From the NCBI GenBank assembly GCA_049967655.1, contig JBMFSH010000001.1:96001-160000 (forward strand): 64,000 bases of DNA. Direction: 5' to 3'. The stretch comes from Acidobacteriota bacterium. GTDB lineage: Bacteria; Acidobacteriota; UBA4820; DSQY01. This document shows, piece by piece, positions 43,079 through 52,292 of this stretch. A model generated the notes under the pieces. It saw nothing but the letters and a program-made list of their open reading frames with translations. It did no database searches and was not told the DNA's origin. Within the stretch, counting starts at the first letter, position 1, and each line of letters starts with the position of its first letter. A program made the translations under genes and the position numbers.

Positions 43079-44398
43079 ATGGCTGTCGCCCAACAGGCCC
43101 CGGGGAAAGGTCCGCGCGTTCTTCTTATCAATCCCGTCTCCCAGCGTCTCGGGTGGGAACGCCGGTTCCAGATCCCTCCCATGGCCCTCCTCCAGGTGGC
43201 CGCCTGTACGCCCGATCCCTGGATGGTCTCCCTCTGGGACGAGACCCACGGCTCGGTCCGGGTGGAGGGGGGATGGGAGCTCGTGGGAATCACGGCCATG
43301 ACCCACCAGGCCGACCGGGCGTACGAACTGGCGGGGCAGTTCCGCGCCGCGGGGGTTCCGGTGGTGCTGGGCGGGATCCATCCGACGGTCCTGCCTCAGG
43401 AGGCGGCCCTTCACGCCGATTCGGTGGTGGTGGGGGAGGCCGAGCCCGTCTGGGCCACCCTCCTCGACGACCTGAGCCGCGGCCGGTTGGCCCCGCTCTA
43501 CGAATCTCCAGAGCCCCGGGGCGACGTGCTGGGAATCCCCGGCCCGCGCCGGGATATCTTGGAGGGCCGGCCCTACCTGACGCGCCAGGTTCTTCAGGCC
43601 AGCCGAGGCTGCCCCTACGACTGCCCCTTCTGCACCGTGACGCCGCACTTCGGCCGGCGCTTCCGGTATCGACCGGCGGAGGAGATCCTCGACGAGGTGC
43701 GGCGCCTCCCGGGAGAATTCCTGCTCTTCGTGGACGACAACCTGCTGGGGGACCCCCGCCGCGCCATCCCCATCCTTGAAGGCCTCGTGCCCATGGGTAA
43801 ACGATGGGTGACCCAAACCACCCTCCACTTTGCCGAAGATCCGGAGCTCCTCGCCCTCATGCGGCGTTCGGGCTGCATGGGGGTGTTTGCCGGGGTCGAG
43901 GGGCTGAGCGGCGGCCTCGCCGGCCTGCCCAAGCTCAGGGCCCGCCTGCCGATGGCCGAGCTCGTTCGCCGGAGCCAGGAAGCGGGGATTCTGGTGGAGG
44001 TCTCCATGATCTTCGGCTTGGATGACCAGGGACCGGAGGTGTTCGAGGAGGCGGTCGGGTTCGTGAAGAGGTGCGCCCCCAGCGGCGCTACCTTTCACAT
44101 CCTCACCCCCTATCCGGGGACCCGGCTCTTCCGGCAGTTCGAGGAGGAGGGCCGCCTGCTGCACAAGGAGTGGCACCGCTACAACCACAGCCAAGTGGTC
44201 TTCCTTCCCCGAAGGATGAGCCCTGGTGAGCTCTACGCCGGATGGGTCGGAGTCAGGAGGGCGGCGTACTCCTGGCCCTCGATCCTCTCCAGGGTGGCCA
44301 GGAACCCCCACCACCGCTTGGCCAACTTGGCCTACAACGTGTTTCGGCGCGCCCCCAACGTCCGCTTGGATGGCGAGACTGCCTCCTTGGGGCCGTGA
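43079..44398 (+). CDS. B12-binding-domain radical SAM protein
   Basis: VVLGGIHPT, VVVGEAE, SRGCPYDCPFC, FVDDNL, LTPYPGT; ATG 43079 after GGAGG. Confidence 0.88.
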   Translation: MAVAQQAPGKGPRVLLINPVSQRLGWERRFQIPPMALLQVAACTPDPWMVSLWDETHGSVRVEGGWELVGITAMTHQADRAYELAGQFRAAGVPVVLGGIHPTVLPQEAALHADSVVVGEAEPVWATLLDDLSRGRLAPLYESPEPRGDVLGIPGPRRDILEGRPYLTRQVLQASRGCPYDCPFCTVTPHFGRRFRYRPAEEILDEVRRLPGEFLLFVDDNLLGDPRRAIPILEGLVPMGKRWVTQTTLHFAEDPELLALMRRSGCMGVFAGVEGLSGGLAGLPKLRARLPMAELVRRSQEAGILVEVSMIFGLDDQGPEVFEEAVGFVKRCAPSGATFHILTPYPGTRLFRQFEEEGRLLHKEWHRYNHSQVVFLPRRMSPGELYAGWVGVRRAAYSWPSILSRVARNPHHRLANLAYNVFRRAPNVRLDGETASLGP

Positions 44399-44450
44399 GA
44401 AAACGGCTTCGCGAAGCCCTCGGATTCGAGGAGACGGGCGATCCGCACCT

Positions 44451-44479
44451 GTGACAAGCGGGGGATGTCTTGTTAAAAT
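44451..44479 (+). promoter_or_regulatory. Sigma-70-type promoter
   Basis: GTGACA-17 bp-TAAAAT with TGn extension. Confidence 0.55.
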
Positions 44480-44574
44480 GGACCCGTTCGGCGCGGAGCA
44501 GAAGGGGCACAAGGTCCGGGCCTCGAGGATGAGGAGGTCCGGGGAATGAATTTCCGTTGGAGAAGACGCCGCCC

Positions 44575-45552
44575 ATGAAGATCGGGGTGATCCCTCCCGT
44601 ACCCATGGAGCCTTTCGTGGCCTCGCGGCACGAGGTGGTCAACCTGTGGAGCGCCTTCTTCCTTGAGCAGGACCGCGCGTCGTGGATGGAGACGGCCCGG
44701 CTGGCCGGATTCCCGGAGAACTACTCTCCGTGGGCCATGGGTCTGTACGGGCTGGTCTGCGAACGGGGCATCGAAGCCGTCTTCTATCCCGAAACGGGCC
44801 TGCCCCGCGAGGTTGTCAACGTCCTCCACCTCCTGGGGGAACAGGAGATCCGGCTGGTTCCCTTCAGCTTCCCCCTGCTACGCAACCAGCAGCGGCTCCG
44901 GGGAGAACTCGACAGGCTCTGCAAGCGCCTGGATGTGGACCCAGGGGTGCTGGAGACGGTGATGGAGACTTGGCAGCAGGTCCGCACGGTCCTGCGTCGC
45001 TTCGACGGGCTCCAACAGCGGACCGGCGCCTTCTCATCGAGAGACTACAGCGCCATGCTCGCGAGGAGCATGGACCCCCGTGGAGATCTTGAGGGGCTCC
45101 GCAGGGAGATCGAGCGGGGAATCCTGGACTACCGGGACCTGAACCGGGAGCGCTGGATCCGCCTGGGCACTCTCGGCCTCACCCCCTACCGTGGCGGTTT
45201 CTACGGGCTGCTGGAGCAGTCCAGGGCCGTGGTTATTTACGACGAATGGGGTCTCGAGAACAATCCCATGTCCGCCTCCACCGACCTGAGCGTGCTTTAC
45301 CATCAGTGTTCCCTGCCTTACGGGCTGAAGAGGAGGCTGGAGCGGACCCAGCGCGAAGCGGCCACGCGGAGGCTCCACGGGGTCATCCTTGGGGTCGAGT
45401 ACCTCTCCGACAGCCTGCGCGACGAGGGCTTTTTCAAGGCCAATCTTGGCCTGCCCGTCCACACGGTGGAGAACCGCGGGGGAGAGCTCCTTTCTCCCCC
45501 CGAAGAGAAGGGGCTCCTGCGCTTCCTCGACCAACTCGGGAGGAAGGCGTGA
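44575..45552 (+). CDS. 2-hydroxyacyl-CoA dehydratase (HGD-D) family homologue lacking the Fe-S cysteines
   Basis: Collinear similarity (AGFPENYSPWAMGLY, IRLVPFSFP, IRLGTLGLTP, RRLHGVI, LPVHTVE) to the family as I recall it. Confidence 0.65.
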   Translation: MKIGVIPPVPMEPFVASRHEVVNLWSAFFLEQDRASWMETARLAGFPENYSPWAMGLYGLVCERGIEAVFYPETGLPREVVNVLHLLGEQEIRLVPFSFPLLRNQQRLRGELDRLCKRLDVDPGVLETVMETWQQVRTVLRRFDGLQQRTGAFSSRDYSAMLARSMDPRGDLEGLRREIERGILDYRDLNRERWIRLGTLGLTPYRGGFYGLLEQSRAVVIYDEWGLENNPMSASTDLSVLYHQCSLPYGLKRRLERTQREAATRRLHGVILGVEYLSDSLRDEGFFKANLGLPVHTVENRGGELLSPPEEKGLLRFLDQLGRKA

Positions 45553-46478
45553 CGACGTGGCGATTCATGGATGAGGAGGAGCCGCGTGAGGGCGCCTGGA
45601 ACATGGCCGTGGACGATCTCCTCTTCCAGGAGGCGGAGGAGGGGGAAGAGCAGGCCCCCACGCTCAGGCTCTACGGCTGGCGGCCCCACTGCCTCTCCAT
45701 CGGTTTCCATCAGGAGTACCGGGAGGCCTGCGATCAACTCTACTGCCGGACGGCCGGTTACGACGTGGTCCGCAGGCCCACGGGCGGCAAGGCGGTGCTC
45801 CACGCCCAGGAGGTCACCTACGCCGTGGTGGCCCGCCAGGACCGGCCGCCCTTCGCCGGCCTCTCCCTGGAGGGAACCTACGGCCTCATCGCGGAGGCCC
45901 TGGCCGCCTCCCTGGAATGGCTCGGCCTGCCTGTGGTCCTGACCCGGCGGACCCTGCCCATTACCCCCCGGGGGGGCGCTCCTTGCTTCCTCGTCCCGTC
46001 GGAGAAAGAGCTCCTGGTCCGGGGCAGAAAGGTCGTGGGCAGCGCCCAGCGCCGGGGCCGCAGGTCCTTTCTTCAGCACGGCGCCGTCCCGCTTCACGTG
46101 GACTACGAGGGGCTGCGCCGCGCCACGGGGCGGGGCGAGGAGGAGGCGGAGCGCTACAAGGCCGCCTTCGCGGGCGTGGCGGACCTCCTCCCCGGCATCT
46201 CGGCGCGGGACGTAAAAGCGGCCCTGAGGATAGGCTTCGAGCGATCTCTGAGAGCGGAGTGGGAGGAGAGGCCTCTCACGGGCGCCGAGCGGGCGCAGGC
46301 GGAGGTGTTGAAGGCTCGGCGATACGGCTCGGCCCTCTGGACCCAGAAGGGCCCTGGAGAGGCCGGGCGGACCGGAGATTCCCCAAAGGCAAGTTTTTCC
46401 GCCTTCCCGTCTCCACCCTCCACCCTCCACTCCCCACCGTTTCCGAGCGGCCTTTCCAAGCACGAACCAGAGTCTTAG
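45549..46478 (+). CDS. Lipoate-protein ligase/octanoyltransferase (LplA/LipM-like)
   Basis: NMAVDD, PTLRLYGW, VRRPTGGKAVLH, PCF, KVVGSAQRR, LQHGAV; GTGA overlap with the upstream gene. Confidence 0.88.
   Translation: MTTWRFMDEEEPREGAWNMAVDDLLFQEAEEGEEQAPTLRLYGWRPHCLSIGFHQEYREACDQLYCRTAGYDVVRRPTGGKAVLHAQEVTYAVVARQDRPPFAGLSLEGTYGLIAEALAASLEWLGLPVVLTRRTLPITPRGGAPCFLVPSEKELLVRGRKVVGSAQRRGRRSFLQHGAVPLHVDYEGLRRATGRGEEEAERYKAAFAGVADLLPGISARDVKAALRIGFERSLRAEWEERPLTGAERAQAEVLKARRYGSALWTQKGPGEAGRTGDSPKASFSAFPSPPSTLHSPPFPSGLSKHEPES
46411..46438. repeat. Heptamer tandem repeat
   Basis: CTCCACC-CTCCACC-CTCCACT-CCCCACC, read through by the lplA-like 3' end. Confidence 0.6.
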
Positions 46479-46487
46479 GAGGTTCCC

Positions 46488-47165
46488 ATGCTGAAACTGA
46501 CCTATCACGGCCATTCCTGTTTCGAACTGGAGGCGGAGGGCAAGCGAGTCATCGTGGATCCCTTCCTCACCGGTAACGTCCACGCCAAGGTCAAGCCCGC
46601 CGACATCTGCGCGGATGCCATCCTTGTCAGCCACGGCCACGGCGACCACGTGGGGGACGCGGTGGAGATCGCCAAGAAAAACCGCTGTCCGGTCATCTCC
46701 AACTTCGAGATCGCCAACTGGTTCTCGGCGCAAGGCGTGGAGGCCCACGGCATGCACATCGGAGGCTCTCACACCTTCCCCTGGGGGCGCCTCAAGCTGA
46801 CGCCCGCTTGGCACGGCTCCTCGCTGCCCGACGGAAGCTACGGCGGTACGCCCGCGGGCCTGCTCATTTGGATGGGTGGCAAGTGCGTGTACTACGCCGG
46901 CGACACGGGGATCCACTCCGACATGGCGCTCTACGGCAGGCTCAATCCCATCGACCTGGCGCTTCTCCCCATCGGCGACAACTTCACCATGGGGATTGAT
47001 GATGCGGTGGAGGCCGCCGCGCTGTGCCAGGCCAAAGAGGTCATGCCCATCCACTACGACACCTTCCCCGTCATCCCGGCGGACCCGCGGGAGTTCGTCA
47101 AGCGCTGCCAGGCCAGGGGTCTCAAGGCGAGGGTGGTGGAGTTCGGGCAGACCGTCACGGTGTAA
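46488..47165 (+). CDS. Metallo-beta-lactamase-fold hydrolase (UPF0173-like)
   Basis: YHGHSCF, SHGHGDHVGD, AWHGSS, AGDT, LPIGDNFTM, PIHYDTF. Confidence 0.92.
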   Translation: MLKLTYHGHSCFELEAEGKRVIVDPFLTGNVHAKVKPADICADAILVSHGHGDHVGDAVEIAKKNRCPVISNFEIANWFSAQGVEAHGMHIGGSHTFPWGRLKLTPAWHGSSLPDGSYGGTPAGLLIWMGGKCVYYAGDTGIHSDMALYGRLNPIDLALLPIGDNFTMGIDDAVEAAALCQAKEVMPIHYDTFPVIPADPREFVKRCQARGLKARVVEFGQTVTV

Positions 47166-47195
47166 GGGATAAAGACCGCCGGGAGGAGGAAGCGC

Positions 47196-48776
47196 ATGAA
47201 CGACCAGCAGGAGGCGAGGGCGGAGGCGACGCAGAGCGTGAATCCCGCCACGGGAGAGGTGATCGGCACTTCCCGGCTGCAAACCCGTGAAGAGTTGCGA
47301 CGGATCATCGCGGAGGCGAGGGCCGCTCAGCCCGCCTGGGCGGCCCTTGCCCCCCAGGCCCGCGCCAAAGCCCTGATGCCGGTCAGGGAGTTCATCGTCA
47401 ACCGGGCCGACGAGCTCGCCGCCACGATTTCCCGCGACAACGGCAAGACGAGGGTGGACGCCCTGGCCACGGAGGTCCTGCCTGCGGCCATCGCACTCAC
47501 TTATTACGCGAAGAAGGCCCCCCGTTTTCTCGGCGACCAGAGGCTCAGGCCCGCCACGTGGCTCCTGGCCAATAAGCGGAGCCACGTGGTTCGGGTTCCC
47601 TACGGGGTGATCGGGATCATATCGCCCTGGAACTACCCCTTCGCCATCCCCTTCTCCGAAGTGGTCATGGCACTGCTCGCGGGGAACGCCGTGGTGCTTA
47701 AGACCGCCACCGAGACCCAGATGGTGGGCCGCGCGCTGGAGGAGTGCCTCTCCGCCGCGAGACTGCCCAAGGGGCTTTTCGCCTTCGTGAACATGCCGGG
47801 ACGTTTGGCGGGCGAGGCATTCCTGGAGGAGGGCGTGAACAAACTCTTCTTCACGGGCTCCACCGCCGTGGGCAAGGGCCTCATGATCAAGGCCTCGGAG
47901 AGGCTCACCCCGCTCTCCCTGGAGCTGGGCGGCAACGATGCCATGCTCGTGTGCGAGGACGCTGACGTAGAGAGGGCGGCCGCGGGGGCCCTCTGGGCCG
48001 GCATGCAGAACGCCGGTCAATCCTGCGGCGGCGTGGAGCGCATCTACGTCCACGAGCGGATATACGACGCCTTCCTCGACTCCCTGAAGCGGCGCGTGGA
48101 GGCGATGCGGGTGGGCCCGGGCGCGGATTTCGCGGTGGACATGGGCGCCATGACCACTCAGCGCCAAGTGGAGACGGTGCGCCGGCACGTGGAGGACGCC
48201 ATCGCCAAGGGGGCGCGCCTGTACGCGAGCTCGGCTTCACCCGAGGGAGGACCGGGCCTCTTCCTGCCGGCCATGGTTCTCACCGAGGTGACCCACGACA
48301 TGCTCGTCATGCGGGAGGAGACCTTCGGGCCCGTGGTGGGCGTGATGAAGGTGGCGACCATGGAGGAGGCGGTCTCCCTGGCCAACGACTCCAACCTCGG
48401 CCTCACGGCTTCGGTCTGGTCGCGCAGCCGCCGCCGGGCCGAGGCACTGGCCCGGCGCATCGAGGCGGGGGCCGTGACGGTCAACGACCACCTCATGAGC
48501 CACGGCCTGCCGGAGACGCCCTGGGGCGGCTTCAAGGAGTCGAGCCTGGGCAGGACCCACGGCCGCATCGGGTTCGACGAGATGACCCAGCCCCAGGTGA
48601 TCGTCCACGATGTCCTGCCCGGTCTGCGCCGAGACCTCTGGTGGCATCCGCACTCCAAGGAGGTTTACGCGGCCCTGCGCGGCCTGCTGGATCTCCTGTA
48701 TGGAAGCGGCTGGGTGCGGCGTCTGCGGGGTCTGCCTTCGGTTCTGAAGGCCTTCCCCAGAATGTTCCGGCCCTAG
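47196..48776 (+). CDS. Aldehyde dehydrogenase
   Basis: ISPWNYP, FTGSTAVG, LELGGND, NAGQSC, EETFGP, PWGGFKES. Confidence 0.93.
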   Translation: MNDQQEARAEATQSVNPATGEVIGTSRLQTREELRRIIAEARAAQPAWAALAPQARAKALMPVREFIVNRADELAATISRDNGKTRVDALATEVLPAAIALTYYAKKAPRFLGDQRLRPATWLLANKRSHVVRVPYGVIGIISPWNYPFAIPFSEVVMALLAGNAVVLKTATETQMVGRALEECLSAARLPKGLFAFVNMPGRLAGEAFLEEGVNKLFFTGSTAVGKGLMIKASERLTPLSLELGGNDAMLVCEDADVERAAAGALWAGMQNAGQSCGGVERIYVHERIYDAFLDSLKRRVEAMRVGPGADFAVDMGAMTTQRQVETVRRHVEDAIAKGARLYASSASPEGGPGLFLPAMVLTEVTHDMLVMREETFGPVVGVMKVATMEEAVSLANDSNLGLTASVWSRSRRRAEALARRIEAGAVTVNDHLMSHGLPETPWGGFKESSLGRTHGRIGFDEMTQPQVIVHDVLPGLRRDLWWHPHSKEVYAALRGLLDLLYGSGWVRRLRGLPSVLKAFPRMFRP

Positions 48777-48935
48777 CGGGGTTTTACCTCTCGGCCCTCG
48801 GTATGCGGCCTTCGGAATCCCGGGGGAGCCTGGCGCCGGCGCTCATCCGCGCGGCCGCCGTCGCTCGGAAGGGTGTGGTATGGTGGAAAGGCGGGTGCCA
48901 GCCAGAAGAGGCCCCGAATTCGCCGAGTGGGGGCC

Positions 48936-50372
48936 ATGAGCCAGACGGACGGGCGCTTTCGCTATTTCCTCTCCAGGGCACGCATCTCCCCGACGAAATG
49001 GATATCGCAGCTCCAGTGGCTGCTGCTCGCGGCTTGGCTGCTCTTCGCCCACTGGCTCCTGTTCGGGTGGGGACGGCTCGTGGAGGTGGAGTATTTCAGC
49101 CACTTTCACGGCGTCTTCGCGGAGGAGGTGGCCTTCAAGGCGGGAATCCTACCCAACTTCGGGCTCGTTACGCTGGCCGTGCTCGCTCTCGAGGCCTGGC
49201 TTCAGGCCCTCTGGAAAAGGAGCACCTGCGAGGTGCTGGCGGTGGAGGGCGGCTGGCGGTGGCTGGGCAGGCGCGGACCGGAGGTGGTGCGCCGGATGAT
49301 CGGATCGCCGGGCGGAGCCTGGTGCCTCGGTGCGGACCGCTGGTTCTTCGTGCCGAAGGGCTACGTGGATTCCCGCGGCGCGGACTGGCTGCGATGCGCT
49401 GCGAACGGAACCTCTCCCCTGTGGCACTGGCGGAGGCTGGCCAGCCCTCTTCTGGGGCTCCTGGTGGTCCTGCTGGCGGGGGCTGCCTTGCTGGAGCGGC
49501 CCGTGGTGGAGCACAGGACGGTCCTGAGGCGCATCTACCGCGCCGTGGAGTCGCGAAATGCCGTCAGGATAGCGGCCCTGCTGCGGGACCATCCCGAATT
49601 CAGGCCCTGGGTCTTGTACCTCTCCACCATGCCCGCCTGCGATCAGGCCGCCTGCCTGCAGTCGCAGATCACCGACCGACTGGAAATGCTGAGCATCGGT
49701 CCCGGCTACGCGGGCGACGGAGCCACCCTGGTGCGGCTTCTCATCGTGAACGGCCGCGCTCCCCTAGCGCTGCGCCTGATGGGAGGGAAGGGCCCGCTGG
49801 CCTTGGACATCGCCGTCCGGCTTGGGCGTGTTCGGGAGGCTGAAAGGCTCCTCGCGGATGGGGAGGGAGGCAAGGAGGGAGACATGAAGACCACGAAGGC
49901 CTTGCTCCGGCTCCAGGAGGGGCAGTACGTGAGGGCGCTCGATGACCTTCAGGGACAGGAAGATACGACTCCTCCCCAAAGGACGCTGGCCATCCGGGCG
50001 GTGGCGGAGTATCTGGCTGGCCGGTGCGGCCAGGCGAGACGCGATGCTTTTCTGCTCATGGTACCCGAATCCCTCCCGCAGGCCGACCATTCCTACGACA
50101 ACCCGCCCACGGGCCTGGCCACCCTGATCAATGCCTCGCAGGACATACGTGCCAAAGCGTCCAAGGCGTTGGGGCAGCTTCTGCTGGGCGATGGGGGTGC
50201 GGCCAGATCGGAATGGGCCGCGGCGGAGGAGAGGGCCCGGTACGCGGGCCTCATGGGGACCCTCGACAACGACCGGATCCTGCTGGGCCTGTTGGATCCT
50301 TCGGGCCCCTGGATCAGGCCGGCGAGAAAGCCCGCGAACAGCTCGGTTGCAGGCAACGGGAAAGTTCTGTAG
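48936..50372 (+). CDS. Hypothetical membrane protein with C-terminal helical-repeat region
   Basis: Long ORF filling the gap, about three hydrophobic segments; start uncertain (48873 or 48936). Confidence 0.55.
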   Translation: MSQTDGRFRYFLSRARISPTKWISQLQWLLLAAWLLFAHWLLFGWGRLVEVEYFSHFHGVFAEEVAFKAGILPNFGLVTLAVLALEAWLQALWKRSTCEVLAVEGGWRWLGRRGPEVVRRMIGSPGGAWCLGADRWFFVPKGYVDSRGADWLRCAANGTSPLWHWRRLASPLLGLLVVLLAGAALLERPVVEHRTVLRRIYRAVESRNAVRIAALLRDHPEFRPWVLYLSTMPACDQAACLQSQITDRLEMLSIGPGYAGDGATLVRLLIVNGRAPLALRLMGGKGPLALDIAVRLGRVREAERLLADGEGGKEGDMKTTKALLRLQEGQYVRALDDLQGQEDTTPPQRTLAIRAVAEYLAGRCGQARRDAFLLMVPESLPQADHSYDNPPTGLATLINASQDIRAKASKALGQLLLGDGGAARSEWAAAEERARYAGLMGTLDNDRILLGLLDPSGPWIRPARKPANSSVAGNGKVL

Positions 50373-50495
50373 GTTCAGAGGGGACTCCGCCCAAAGGGCC
50401 GAGCCCCATGCCCCTGGAACGGCTGGACGGGCCGGAAGAGCCGGCGGAAAAGGCGTGAAGCGACCGGGGCGGACCAACCAAGAAGGAGCAAGACG

Positions 50496-52292
50496 ATGCG
50501 GCGCAACTGGGCCCTACTGATCCTGGCCTTGGCGTGGGTGCTGCCCGCGTGGGCGGGATCCTCCATGACCAAGGGGAAGTTCGATCTCTACTTAAACGGG
50601 GTGAACAAGGGCTACGAGAAGTTCAAGACAAAGCTTGACGCCAAGAAAAACGAGTGGACCATCAGCTCGGAGGTTCGGTTCAAACTCCCGGTGGTCAAGG
50701 CCAAGCGCGGGTACGTGGATCTCTACCTCTACCCCGTTCTCAATTTGAATGCCCAGACAAAGGCCATCATGGGCTATTCCTACCGTCTGACCTATAATGA
50801 TTTTAGCAACATGGACATCACGGAGGCCCAGGATTCGGCTACCGAAGTCATCGACCAGGACTTCCGGCACTACGACCTCTTCAACCGAAGCGCCCAGGAG
50901 CAACAGGACGAGATGCACGACCGCATCGACCTGGGGGTGAATGCGGGCAAATGCGAGCCCATTGGGGACACCCTGCACTTCCAACAATACCGATTCTCCA
51001 ACAACCGGATCAAAGATGAACCCTTGCCAAAGCACTTGGTGATTCTGGACGCCTATGCCTTCTGCCTGTACATCCCGCTCGCCGAGAAGGCCCTCGCCAT
51101 GAAGGGGGACAGCCTTCCCGTGATGGTGGCCATGCCCCAGGGCATGGCGCTCAAGCCGGGCACGGTGGACTACATGGGCATCGAGCGGACGCCCTTCAAG
51201 GGCAACATGATGATCCTCAGGCATTACGACGTGAACATCGGCGGTAGCACCCTCTCCTCCTTCTGGGTGGACAAGACGGGCCAATTGATTCAGGTGGTGA
51301 TCCCAGATCAGGGCCTTCTGGCTGTCATCGCGAACTACAAGCCGCAACCTTACGACCATGAAGAGCCCAGGATCGTGAGGGAGACCATCAAGATGCAGGG
51401 GGGGTTCAACGAGAACCGCGTCCACATCCCATCCGGGGGAATCACTTTGGGGGGGACGCTGGCCCAGCCGCCGGGAGCGGGACCCTTCCCCACCATCCTC
51501 ATGGTGCAGGATCTGGAACCCCTTGACCGGGATGGGAATGACCCCTCCAACCCTTACAGCCGCGCGGGAACGTGGAAACAGCTCGCCTACTACCTCACGG
51601 AGCAGGGATTCGCCACGCTCAGGGTAGATTCCAGGGGCGTGGGCGAATCGGGGGGCGATCTTCTGAAGACCTCGTGGGCCGATCGGGTGGGGGACGTACA
51701 AGCCCTCGTTCGCTGGCTTGCCGACAGGCCGACCACGAGCGGCCATAAGGTGGTGGTGGTTTCCCTGGGGCTGGGCGGGTGGGTCTCCGCCCAGGCCATC
51801 ACCTCGGCTCCACTGCCCGTGACGGGCTTCGTCGCCATTGCCTATCCCGCCAAACCCCTGCTTCGGCTCTGGAAGGAGCAGATCGGGAACATAGACGACC
51901 CCCAAACCCGTCAGCAGGCTTATTTGGATCTGGACACCTTGCAGGGCAAGCTCCAGGAAGTCGGCGTGGAATGGGCCAACTTCCGAGGATCCAAGGTCTA
52001 CCTACCCACCGTCAGGACCATGGATAAGATCGACCCCGACAGCCTGGCGGCTTCGCTCAAGATTCCCTGCCTCTTCGCCTACCCCGAGCAGGATAAAGTC
52101 ATCATGGCCTTCCATAAAGACGTCTTGTCGGATTACCTGCATACAGGGCAGAAGGCGGAGTTGCTCCCGGGAGTCGGGCACCAGCTCACCCCCCAGAATG
52201 AACAGGGGCTGCCGACCGGTTTGGTGGACGGCAGCAAGTTGGGGCCTCTCACGAGCTGGTTGAAAGGGCTCTGGAGTCCGGAGGTGCACTAG
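50496..52292 (+). CDS. Exported alpha/beta-hydrolase-fold protein with N-terminal beta domain; nucleophile Ser missing
   Basis: Signal peptide (AWA); LGGTL-QP..GPFPTILMV..PLDRDG, GFATLRVDSRGVGESGG, PGVGHQL; elbow reads SLGLGG. Confidence 0.8.
   Translation: MRRNWALLILALAWVLPAWAGSSMTKGKFDLYLNGVNKGYEKFKTKLDAKKNEWTISSEVRFKLPVVKAKRGYVDLYLYPVLNLNAQTKAIMGYSYRLTYNDFSNMDITEAQDSATEVIDQDFRHYDLFNRSAQEQQDEMHDRIDLGVNAGKCEPIGDTLHFQQYRFSNNRIKDEPLPKHLVILDAYAFCLYIPLAEKALAMKGDSLPVMVAMPQGMALKPGTVDYMGIERTPFKGNMMILRHYDVNIGGSTLSSFWVDKTGQLIQVVIPDQGLLAVIANYKPQPYDHEEPRIVRETIKMQGGFNENRVHIPSGGITLGGTLAQPPGAGPFPTILMVQDLEPLDRDGNDPSNPYSRAGTWKQLAYYLTEQGFATLRVDSRGVGESGGDLLKTSWADRVGDVQALVRWLADRPTTSGHKVVVVSLGLGGWVSAQAITSAPLPVTGFVAIAYPAKPLLRLWKEQIGNIDDPQTRQQAYLDLDTLQGKLQEVGVEWANFRGSKVYLPTVRTMDKIDPDSLAASLKIPCLFAYPEQDKVIMAFHKDVLSDYLHTGQKAELLPGVGHQLTPQNEQGLPTGLVDGSKLGPLTSWLKGLWSPEVH

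Noticed and set aside
45318..48188. Very long antisense ORFs (also 11408-13576, 17959-20067, 40413-42617, 56953-58941)
   Set aside because: They mirror well-supported genes; stop-poor antisense frames are expected at this GC content
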